Shown: positions 56,901-63,400 of the stretch, piece after piece
How positions within the stretch are numbered: the stretch's first letter is position 1
Layout: each line of letters begins with the position of its first letter
Source: Candidatus Omnitrophota bacterium
GTDB lineage: Bacteria > Omnitrophota > Gorgyraeia > 1-14-0-20-64-10
Length of the DNA stretch: 64,000 bases
Reading direction: 5' to 3'
NCBI GenBank assembly: GCA_023818695.1
Contig: JAMWCF010000002.1
Span: 66 to 64,065 of the forward strand
Position numbers and translations under genes: made by a program
The notes under the pieces: model-generated
What the model saw: only the letters and a program-made list of their open reading frames with translations
Told to the model about the DNA's origin: nothing
Databases searched by the model: none

Positions 56901-59900
56901 TTTGTCGAGGTCTCATTCCAGGAACCGGTGGCGCTGACCCATGCTTTTGTGGTGGAGCTTCTCCCGGACGATGAGCCAGGCCGGCATCAGCAATTGAACG
57001 ACCGACTTGAAAAAGCCGGCGTCCAGCTGATCAACCCGGCGCTGCGATCCGGCCTGCGTCTGGATGACAAGGGATGGATCGCCGAGAACCTGCCGGCTGA
57101 CATGACCGAAACGCTGGTCCGGGTGATGCCGGCCGGGATGGATTCCTCCTATCGTTATTCATTCGCACGGGAGGTGTTGGCACAGAGTCCGCGGGGCGTG
57201 ATTGTCAAACCGACGCCTGGCACCGAAGGCCATGGGGTGAGGTGGTTTCAGGATGCCTCCGGTGTGCTGGATTACCTCAATTCGTTCAAGGGAAAGAGCG
57301 GCGTCCTGATCAGTCCGTTCCGCGGGAATGTGACCTATCAGGGCAGGCCGGTTGTCCTGCGGTTCAACGTGATCAACGGGCGTGTGACCACCGCGACCGC
57401 CGTGGTTGGCGAGGCGGGAGGCAAAATCGCTTCGCTCGGGCAGGGAGGGACGGTGGAGCCGCTGCAGGAGGTCCTGGCCGACCTGCGGGATGAGACCGGT
57501 CAGCCGGTCTCGATCACCGCCGGGGTTTGGGAGGCGCTGCGGTTAAGGGCCCAGGAAGCGGCCCGTCGAGCCGACATCGGCATCGTGGGAGTGGATATGG
57601 TGCTTGAATCCAGCCCACAGGCCGGAGTCCAGGGGATCATCGTGGAGATGAACGCCCGGCCCGGCATCCTGGTCTTCGGGGAGCGGGTGACCTTTCCGGA
57701 GGATGGCCCCATCGAGAGCCAGCCGGCGCCGGTGACTGACTCCCATTTCTGGTCCTCTTTAACCGTGCCGGGGCGTCCTTGGTCTCCCGCGGCCGAATCC
57801 CTGCGCCGGGTGCTGGTCATCTGCGATGACCCGGTCGTGCGCGGACACATCCTGACCGTGATGGCGCGGCGGCATCCCTGGGTCCATGTCGAGGCGGTCA
57901 GTAACCTGACCCAGGCCATCGCTTACTTAGAAGGGGTCAACAACGGCGAGCAGCCGATTCCCGATCTTATTCTGGACCAGTCCTCCGAAAGCGGCCGGCT
58001 GGTCGGCCCCAGTTCGGAACTCTGGCTTGAGTTCCTGCGTCACCAGAGCAGGATGAATATCCCTTACGCCGTAGGCGGGCCGGTCGGCGAATACGACCTG
58101 GACAGCAGCGTCTCCATGATGCGGGGAATGACGGAGACCTTCACCCTCTCCCAGTGGCAGCAGATTCTGGCCGACCCGGTCAAGAGTGGGTTTCGGTCGG
58201 CCCTCTCTCGGTTCGTCCCGGTTGAAAGATTGAACGTCGAAATCGAGCGTGTTCGGCGGTTGGTGGATGAAGCCGCCGCCCGGAACGTTTCCCTGGGGGG
58301 CAACGCCGCGGAGCCGCTGTTCAAGGCGGATGCCCGGGTGGCCCTCTCCTTTTCGCCGGGCCGGGTCCGGTTCTTCATGGGCCACTCCGATATTCGGGGG
58401 ATCGGCGGGCAGACGATCAACGCCGCCACAAACTACGGGATGTGGGCCTTGACGCAGGTGATCGAGGACCCACAGGGTCGCGTCGTGGCCGACAACCTGG
58501 ATCCGCAGTATGGTTTCTATGAATTCAACTTGAACGGCCCCGATTCCCTGCCGCCGGCCGGCATCTCTTCGGTTCGTCCGGATTGGCTGGCTTGGGCCGA
58601 GGCCCACGCGGATGCCGACAAGTGGCATGGGTTGCCCAGAGCGGTGATCGCCCTGATCCGGACCGATATGCTGGACCCGCAAGGGCAGCGGCGGATCTAC
58701 TTCCAAGGCAAAGGGATCCGGTTCTTCTTGGGTGAGAGCGACCTTCCGGTCGGCAAGGGGCTCTCCTCCTCCTCGGCCCTTCCGGCGGTCTTTTACCGGG
58801 GTATCCAGCAGTTCCTGCCCCCCTTCCTGCGCCTGCGCGGGAAGGGGCTCAATGACCTCGATTACGCCGCTTACGTCGTGGGCGACCGGGCCGGCACCGC
58901 CGACATGACCGCCATCAATATGGGGCGGGTCGGCGAGGTCTCGGTGCTGAAATCTTTCCCTGAAGAGCAGGGCGAAACGGTCAAACTGCCTTCCGATTTC
59001 CGGTTTTTTGTGGTCGATTCCGGCGTGAAGCGGATCGACGCCCCTGACCAACCGACGCAGGTGAAAAACTTCGCCGCTTTCATCAAATCGATGACCGGCA
59101 TGGGGCCTTCTTTGGCGGCTGTTTGGCTGCGGCGCCAGGCACGCGTCGACACAGCGCTGGCGGATCTTGAATCGATTTTAATGCATGAGCCGGCGGGGCA
59201 TCCGTTCGGGCTGTTGCGGGAGTTGACAGAGGCGGGCGTGATCACGAAGCCGCAGTACGCGGATATGGTCGGTGGGACCACACCGCAGGCGCGAGGGGAA
59301 TTCGTCAGGGGCCTTTTGGAGCTGATCCCGAACGATCAGACGCTGGGACAGCTCCGGCAGGCCATTGAGCAGACTCCCAATAGCAACGACCTTCTCCAGG
59401 CTTTCGACGGGCTCTTAGCTGGCTTCACCCCGCTGGGGGCCCACCAGATTCCGGTCGACGCCCCGGATAAGGATCAGCAGCTTCATGCGCTTCGTCTGAA
59501 TTCGGTCATTCCTCTGCGGCAGCTGGCCGCCTACGGGATTTTCGAGATCGGGCGCGGGTTGGATTATGTGGAATCGGCTAAGGCGGGGGACACCCGCAGA
59601 CTGATTAAGCTGATGCGCAAGGCGCATGACGGGGATAGGGCGGTTTGGACGCTGGGGCCCGGCGACACCCTGGTGCCGACCGCGTGGGGCCAGACCAACC
59701 CGCCGGAGGCCTTCTTCCGGTCCTTGCCGGAAATTGATGCGATGATCGACGAGTTTCAGACGGCGATGGACGGGCAGTTCGGCGAAAACGCCGCCGCTGG
59801 CCGGATCATGGCGGCCGGTCTGGGCGGCGCTGTAGCCGTCGGTGTTGTGGCCGAGGCGTATGAGGCGGCCAAGCAATGGTTCGCCGCGTACAACGGCGGC

Positions 59901-60467
59901 CGCGAAGTGATCGATGTGGAGCCCAGCGGCGGCGCTACCGGCATCGGCGTCCGGACCGATCTGAAAACCGCTCCCTCAGCCGGGTTGGAAGGGCAGCCGG
60001 TTGCCGTTGCCGACTGGGTTGTCGCCAAAGGTTCTTTGCCATCGGCGAAGACGGAAGTTCCCTCTATTGGAGTGATTGCCGGGACCGCCGATCCTCGTGG
60101 GTTGGCCTACGGAGTGGCCCTGACTCGGGCCGTTACTCCGGACGGCCAGCCGGTTCCGGTCGTCTTTGTCGTCGCCACCGACGGACAGAAAGCCAAACTG
60201 CAGGAGATGGGAATCACCTCCGGCTCGATCTTTCAAGCGGGGCCGGAAGGGGAATACCCGACCGTCGAGGCCGCTTCCCGGGCTGCTTCCCAGTGGCTTT
60301 CCACCGCCTACGGGGTCGGGCAGGTGGTGGAACTGGGGGTGACGCGGCGGATTGTGATGACCCTCCAACAGATTCTGGAGAACCTTTTTGGCATCAAGCT
60401 GGTATCGGAAGCGTTGGCTGTCTGGGAACAGTTCGTCGACCAGGCCACATTGGCCCTCCAGGCGTAA
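47985..60467 (+). CDS. Giant multi-enzyme protein B (~4160 aa): anchor/leader, ~1100 aa unassigned helical region, nucleotide-sugar dehydrogenase-like module, two ATP-grasp-like modules, REC-like domain, GHMP sugar-kinase module, shared C-terminal domain
   Basis: A single uninterrupted ORF (the track gives TTG 47976). The ATG at 47985 or 47988 gives MMERTSRHHFINRISAWLLIQALILSPASVPVFG. Motifs are in the domain-level features below. Confidence 0.85.
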   Translation: MMERTSRHHFINRISAWLLIQALILSPASVPVFGTDDRALSGQTLRVQQPEGEAVRSQIGSRLAASAGLEENLVVQPYRGFTTRVRRVTDKGLQVAKREVGELIGTTSIDLASGTVANAQLAAGTGAADQNGLNAVRVVEWTQSGLQWLLAHQDLPAVTRLLQRLQDKDKTFPVELRANHANTLDFTDQEAAIRLDTTIGSELQEPQYSGGRTLLYAVGLFHELAQAAGFTPREAAHLVLNIYTGMTTAERQQLQAVLRTPVIDHGDTWALFLEDATRLPAPELAEYAGVDSLTLEERLDGEPDAQQQGRMLAVRNHRDRWVSWMMGQTMVDLPYDRLAFRRAMEIQNVEEKRQASYQVIRNFDRDVEADNARRVGAIVREQWLPEEFPYPVLLAGRESRAFGNQAFLFANSGYALKTTDVAEAAQALMEIAKAHALERELQQVIETAPPWAQGELTKSVRQIKELLAHLGPGTGRIRQLIFGPGTVVAMTQFSGALQQLRENLEIFYNQARVALRQSQQRTVKTSQEGIGRRLQREDVSAGFARAQQELSRFAGESGLVALAINRLEEAMLKAETYAAAYSVLMQRPSRTGSEKFKGNELEEKPEQEEALRKLVRLGGQNTYMSPSYEWVAEATDIIEAAPLFIYERTIEMDGKHVTVFEVDQEGLEQTIRQMADYWAQNIEKTIDSEHLALAREVVVLSNGALADAARLLIQTGLPAEAAYRQVLAESAPQQQGLLGQVARVAAWLAAEYNKRAEKIEARVEEAWSRQNFIGRMEALRLEVIGDPSKGNYPDRARQAVGRADRASTSLQKETERLLPNALMRQRPLPAFHLLTTEAPGLVEGFIQTVLEEEMALRNVVRANDFENEVKERERRYARLIQEIGWRVIQEFGYEPIVAQYEAQGMTRPQAISQVVGDHLPIQQEVARLAVLIELAETDAQAQGTTFTFNAAQPNIPWVANLLSNAATLTGFQAQARQQVWQRNQLDSDFVKRVAQLTQQLQSETQAIAQAIQESEIYRREFEATVEWLARREALDRLDQEKPALQIQNRFRHWYRAHTALGRTTARRETVAAHNLHAAMSDPRHAYSSGTTLDTKDGKFRPTGGRKRYHLIYAPSRVNLGKGERASVEIWPQWVGVADPLAAAHAKRFYELMNFNPQIRTVKEAENLKVSENQWTAMIRAVRNVQAYFVTRLGYGDIEDLAFQFNQRGGLPVAAVKEPESYSAGPTTGYCIPKDLLFKLFVATLQDSRKLAQIGVPAHLHPVVQRMIVRIAARQGDFETTGEWEQWAVEELLSAQALQAIFKPAEASQLQKIFSSYVEVTGGAVIFHITKLSQILQTTGMPSPLLAHGSNLHAALWSNWADRSLTLPAEEVNRSVVFSMTRDIPESAAEARRLNPEAGVVPEQQLRVHFFGTYKGDEDEAPPPDVRYSWTMRAFMIMSGYGREVALSLNAEGQLLARLSWEGFRPDSDDPEDVKVTRYLAREFVGQDQFAPEHDEIIKRLKAAFPPHTTVGDITVTVVPGVSSEDLLGFSAETATLLGNEATQAQELLQSRGISVEQMRANAVLRRQFPEEWIPLNDLSGPEQDLIKKAIGGQIHPLVLRLRGPGDDFKRDLQGQDVVVFSVTHPEIMQMDPAHLRDLMLTGRPQSALCTLDFVAQGRHRVWFDRDIMLWYAAGRGVDSEGRPIADWRQRDAKGRKSVYRAFGWGAQEFRPLLGTDLRDEVIRQERRATDLFEVLRRVANARTADLPKAIERFKAAYRESFPPDKIAIEADLARQYEQQLLMNKRFKSRDRIIRQAFEDIATGMPAEQFGVVHWLSTGGLFLLNGAPQAQQEEVLGVIRTAQKRMQGVNNSAGLEESELVALLIKPQLTAAAIQLTERKGEMFSVKASETVVEKAVARRKGLALQAARQAAVRSREQGFHSVESLTAIGQVDGALQAGRQNVLSIIGDLESGVPVDSSSVHRRVGVVMGHTVQVLRRLAEDLVQDEKERQRIRRQIAALTQGRELSSRVWNSFGGTYEDSGILARLFELAGEANRPAVLAAMELLYTSLALERTADFLVLPAEDVDERLLYRAAAGFFAETIDDHFYEYNPWALDPKRASTFVGLYDDLGVLKPEHREEVYGLSWSHHRVLYQYFRYLFLNKTGFKDLSTADQDLLLGRVQIGDSAEQDQLTVQAVGASAPGRYERLWRAYGQFRELAFVRNDGFAIPVAFENLDADDPEILNASRKVNHAFLSGVGRTHYSRALMEAGHLGENIFITRDGVVATPAGARGAVLQISDAHFWLTPGRYRHALIRYKGMSPTEADQQIAADMKAGRITPKGIRVAARFARPVTVGSVVALHHHYQELELAKVGYPATDKSPVLFEYTYDKSLYPSAYNPPDQTGVNLPPEVDWHAQDTQQLPMATAKQRIRDLVRPFAEEHGIIVAKGSAESGARNFKRFDILVNGQVDEQVLQEAVDFIYEVSKGQNVTIQRAIIVTPLSWMDPTAIEQFVERQIRDWSVPVNLERHPKSWVYGTLRVILSAGMPKDLAKLDDPANWQASHWISLNSLQVATNVGRQGTLEMLQPEMVRPEFRQTFIQELEKAGRQVMAATARYAKHYWDTVYVPAYTQKYGHPPQEFDAVGVPYWWPRYLMLDFLPEPIWAKNGQPVQGARVMDVIPGDPKKGTPSRFTLADSTGEIFEGQILGFKFWLLEPNVGIGLWPNYWRREEVHERGRAKALGQPMDWSRVGVSDRIVLNNYLAAGEAFLRAKFGDDHFGPGGPQRGGPDPFVPPSVTSPTASQPLMATSTPMQHGVETVQQAGAATIGSAQMSRIFVEAALRAMAAPMESLRLETPEVLLDRINQWLADPARVQEFPQGVGVSVTHEQVDQALSDSVYRGRVAELTLDRILSESVAPQVDILPEPLSAAATAQLMPHLLTFGVVTGKRAVMNHHIYPWAAGRGNAPVNVVGVHEEWLTPDGRVSRAVVWKEEAGRFVEVSFQEPVALTHAFVVELLPDDEPGRHQQLNDRLEKAGVQLINPALRSGLRLDDKGWIAENLPADMTETLVRVMPAGMDSSYRYSFAREVLAQSPRGVIVKPTPGTEGHGVRWFQDASGVLDYLNSFKGKSGVLISPFRGNVTYQGRPVVLRFNVINGRVTTATAVVGEAGGKIASLGQGGTVEPLQEVLADLRDETGQPVSITAGVWEALRLRAQEAARRADIGIVGVDMVLESSPQAGVQGIIVEMNARPGILVFGERVTFPEDGPIESQPAPVTDSHFWSSLTVPGRPWSPAAESLRRVLVICDDPVVRGHILTVMARRHPWVHVEAVSNLTQAIAYLEGVNNGEQPIPDLILDQSSESGRLVGPSSELWLEFLRHQSRMNIPYAVGGPVGEYDLDSSVSMMRGMTETFTLSQWQQILADPVKSGFRSALSRFVPVERLNVEIERVRRLVDEAAARNVSLGGNAAEPLFKADARVALSFSPGRVRFFMGHSDIRGIGGQTINAATNYGMWALTQVIEDPQGRVVADNLDPQYGFYEFNLNGPDSLPPAGISSVRPDWLAWAEAHADADKWHGLPRAVIALIRTDMLDPQGQRRIYFQGKGIRFFLGESDLPVGKGLSSSSALPAVFYRGIQQFLPPFLRLRGKGLNDLDYAAYVVGDRAGTADMTAINMGRVGEVSVLKSFPEEQGETVKLPSDFRFFVVDSGVKRIDAPDQPTQVKNFAAFIKSMTGMGPSLAAVWLRRQARVDTALADLESILMHEPAGHPFGLLRELTEAGVITKPQYADMVGGTTPQARGEFVRGLLELIPNDQTLGQLRQAIEQTPNSNDLLQAFDGLLAGFTPLGAHQIPVDAPDKDQQLHALRLNSVIPLRQLAAYGIFEIGRGLDYVESAKAGDTRRLIKLMRKAHDGDRAVWTLGPGDTLVPTAWGQTNPPEAFFRSLPEIDAMIDEFQTAMDGQFGENAAAGRIMAAGLGGAVAVGVVAEAYEAAKQWFAAYNGGREVIDVEPSGGATGIGVRTDLKTAPSAGLEGQPVAVADWVVAKGSLPSAKTEVPSIGVIAGTADPRGLAYGVALTRAVTPDGQPVPVVFVVATDGQKAKLQEMGITSGSIFQAGPEGEYPTVEAASRAASQWLSTAYGVGQVVELGVTRRIVMTLQQILENLFGIKLVSEALAVWEQFVDQATLALQA
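51300..52905 (+). other. Domain in giant B: UDP-glucose/GDP-mannose dehydrogenase-family-like module with insertions
   Basis: - HLIYAPSRVNLGKGE resembles PERVxPG.
- The central helix is EAENLKVSENQWTAMIRAVRNVQAYFV.
- The catalytic-Cys motif is GPTTGYCIPKDLL (canonical GFGGSCFPKD; Cys codon 51672-51674).
- The C-terminal domain pattern is VHFFGTYKGDEDEAPPPDVRYS ... DVVVFSVTHPEI.
- No clear N-terminal GxGxxG was found. Confidence 0.55.
55180..56240 (+). other. Domain in giant B: ATP-grasp-like module 1 (candidate)
   Basis: EHGIIVAKGSAESGARNFKRF (K-x-G-S-x-x-G), RAIIVTPLSW and FWLLEPNVGIGLW (E-x-N-type loop) are present. The pattern is weaker than in module 2. Confidence 0.4.
56760..57690 (+). 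other. Domain in giant B: ATP-grasp module 2
   Basis: PRGVIVKPTPGTEGHGVRWF, GVLISPFRG...LRFNVINGRV and GIVGVDMVLE...GIIVEMNARPG follow the RimK/glutathione-synthetase-type ATP-grasp pattern. Confidence 0.6.
57801..58170 (+). other. Domain in giant B: receiver (REC)-like domain embedded between ATP-grasp and kinase modules
   Basis: LRRVLVICDDPVVRGHILTVMARRH...VEAVSNLTQAIAYLEG...PDLILDQ carries the acidic pair and the Asp at the expected spacing of a receiver fold. Downstream T/K positions are unclear. Confidence 0.45.
58320..59960 (+). other. Domain in giant B: GHMP sugar-kinase module (galactokinase-like)
   Basis: The galactokinase-type signature is SPGRVRFFMGHSDIRGIGGQTINAAT (canonical GRVNLIGEHTDY). 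The GHMP ATP-binding motif is LPVGKGLSSSSALP (canonical PxGSGLGSSAA). Confidence 0.65.
59976..60467 (+). other. Shared C-terminal domain, copy in giant B
   Basis: It begins at SAGLEG (59976-59993) and ends ...VWEQFVDQATLALQA-stop. It is a paralogue of 47291-47869. Confidence 0.8.
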
Positions 60468-60480
60468 TGGGACGGAACGC

Positions 60481-63400
60481 ATGACAGAAAAAAAATCCAT
60501 CAACCAGGCGGTGAAACTGATCGCGTGGGTGTTAATGCACGCCCTTGTTGTGACCCAGGCGTGCCCTGCATCCGTCTGGTCCGCTCCTGCCCATTCGGCT
60601 GATGGGCAGACCCTGCGGGTTCAGCAACCGGAAAGCGATGTGAGCCGCGCGCAGATCGCCGGCCGGCTCGCCGCCAGCGCCGGCCTGGAGGAGTTGACCC
60701 CCGCCAAGCTGATCGACGGCTGGAGCGGGTTCTCCCAGCCGGACCGCAAGCGTCTCGGGGACCAGCTTCGCCGCCTCGCCGACAAACCGACCCTCGCCCG
60801 CCTGGTGGAGTACGCCCAGAATTCGATCAATCCCCCGTACACCCTTTATGAGCTGTTGGCCAAGGTTCTCGGCCAGCCGATACCGGTGGTCCAGGCGATG
60901 GTCGAGGGGCTCAACCCTTCGGCCTACCGGCCGCCGCAGACGATTTCGATCGGGGAATCCCACCCTATCCTGTGGAACGCCGACGAGGTCCGGCAGCATC
61001 TGGAGAACACCGTCATTGTCATCGCTGCAGGCGGCGGCGGCGCCCGCTTTAAGCGAAGTTTGTGGACCAAGCTGCGGGAACAGCTGGAGCGCAACCACCG
61101 TTTGGAGAAGCCGACCGTCATGGTGGGACCCTCCGGGACGAGCCCGGTGGTGCATACTTTGGAGGAGATTTCGGAGCTGGCCCGGTTGGTCGGCGCCAAG
61201 AACGTCCGGGTGGTTGTCGTCGCCTCCCCCGACAGCATGGAGGCGGTCCAGGGGGATATCAAGAAGAACAGCCGCTTCGTCGATCCTAAACGGGTCAAGG
61301 TGCGGGTGACCGAACAGAAGACCCACCCCAGCTTTCACACGACTTCAGGGAAGATCCTGACCACCACGGACGAGCAGGGCAGGCCTGTCCTTTTGAGGAA
61401 CCCCAACGGCACCTACGGCGCCTTTTCAGCCGGTTATGAGCTGGCAAAGAAGGAAGGGTTCGCGGCGGGAAAATCTTGGCTCGTCCTTTACGGGGATGAT
61501 CCGGTTCTCAACTCCGGCGATTTCATCGCCCGGGTCCTGACCATCGGAAAGGATCTGGATGTCGCCCCGATCGTCACCAGGAAGATCTCCCGGACGAACC
61601 CGGTGGGCGGGACCCTGGTTGACGTGGAGCTGTCTCCGGGGCTGGTCCTTCCTTTGATCATCGAGAAGGCGGAGAGGGAGCCGAACGCCGCCGCCGGGAT
61701 TCCCGGCTTGCCGGCCTTCAACCAGGTGGAGGATGCGGCGGCCCAGACCGGCAACGACCCGTTCGGGTTCAACACCGGCGTCATGAAGCTGTCGGCTCGC
61801 GCGGCGGAGGTAGCCGGCGGCCTGATCCTGCCGATCCGCCACGCCGACCGGGAGAGGGACGACTTGCCCGGAAACATGCGCCGGAACATGGAGCTTTTCG
61901 CCACCCATATTCCCACCTATGTCATCGGCACGCATCCCGAGATGACCTACCGGCCACTGCAGGTGGAACTGGAGCAGTACGGAGCGACGAAAGATTACGG
62001 AAAGGTGGTGGAGGCGAACCTCTCCCGGGATGCCCGGAGCCGCCAGCGGTTGAACCAACTGCTGCAGGCGGCGCCCGCCGTGCAGGTGCAGATCGGGGAG
62101 AATGTTTACCTGGATATCCGCCCCAGCTTCCAGGGTTTTAAAGGAAAGGGAACTTTGGAGCTGAAGGGTCCGATGGGGGTTGTCCTCTCCCGCGACGGCC
62201 TGACCGCCGTCCGGATCATCGAGCGGCATGCCGAGGGAAACAATCATCCCCTCTATGCCGACCCGGGGCAGGGTCAGCAGATCATCGCGGCCACAAACGG
62301 GATCATCGACCTGACAGGCGATCAGGTTGTGGACGGCTCGCAGATTTTTGCCGGTCAGGAAGAGCCGGTTCAGATCTTAAAGAGCTACTTCCCGGACCAG
62401 CTCCAGGGGCCGGGCGAAAAGCCGTTCTGGATGCAGGGGTTGACCCCGGTGGACACCCTGGCGCAGATCATCCCGGCGGCGCAGCTCGACAGCAATTCTG
62501 AAATCTGGATCCTGGGCGGTGGGGACGGCCGGGTCGGGATTGCCGCCGCGGTCCTGGCCAAGGTGAAAAAGGCGGTTTTTGTGGAAGTCGACGATGGTGC
62601 GCTTGCGGCAATCCACGCGGCAGCAGACCATTTTGTCGGCTTGGGACTGGTCAACCGATCCCAGATCGGGATTATGCAGGCCAATATATTTTCTCCCGAT
62701 TTTCAGGTCGGCCCTGACGCCACCCACATCTACCACACTGTCGGGGGTGCCTATAACCCGGAGGGGCACGGGGCCGAACAGGTCATTCCCAAAAATGTTT
62801 TCCCCCAGGTGATCGAAAAGATCAAACAGGCCCCCGTTGGAACGAGAGTCATCTTTTATCTCGGCGCGGAGGGGGAGGTTCCTCATTATTATGAACAGGC
62901 GGTCATATCTTCCGGTTTGAACCCCTGGTTTGTTTCCGGGTTGGACCAGAACATCGTCCAGATCTACCGGGTCCCGTCCGCCGGGCTGGAGCAGATGCCG
63001 CCCTCTCCCATCACCGGTTGGATCGCGGCAGATCTGGGCAACGGCTGGCGCCGCCTGCTGTACCAGCTCCAGAACGGGGACGCCTGGTTCGGGGGTTTGG
63101 TCCGAAACGACGTGCCGGACTCCCAGATCGATGACACCGCTTATATTTCACCCAGCAGCACCGTGGAAGGGAAAGCATCCCGCCTGGAGGCGGGAGCCGT
63201 TGTCAAGGACGGCAGCGCGGTCGTCGATTCGGTCATCCAGCGTAACGCCCATCTGATTGCTTCAATCGCGGAGTCGGCGCGCATCCGTCCCATGGCGGCG
63301 CTGAAAGGGGCCGTTGTTCGTCCGGCCTACGAGGAGGATGATTGGTCCTACAGCGGGGCGACCTCTTCCGATCCCCGGTTGTCGGTGAAGCACCATGAGG

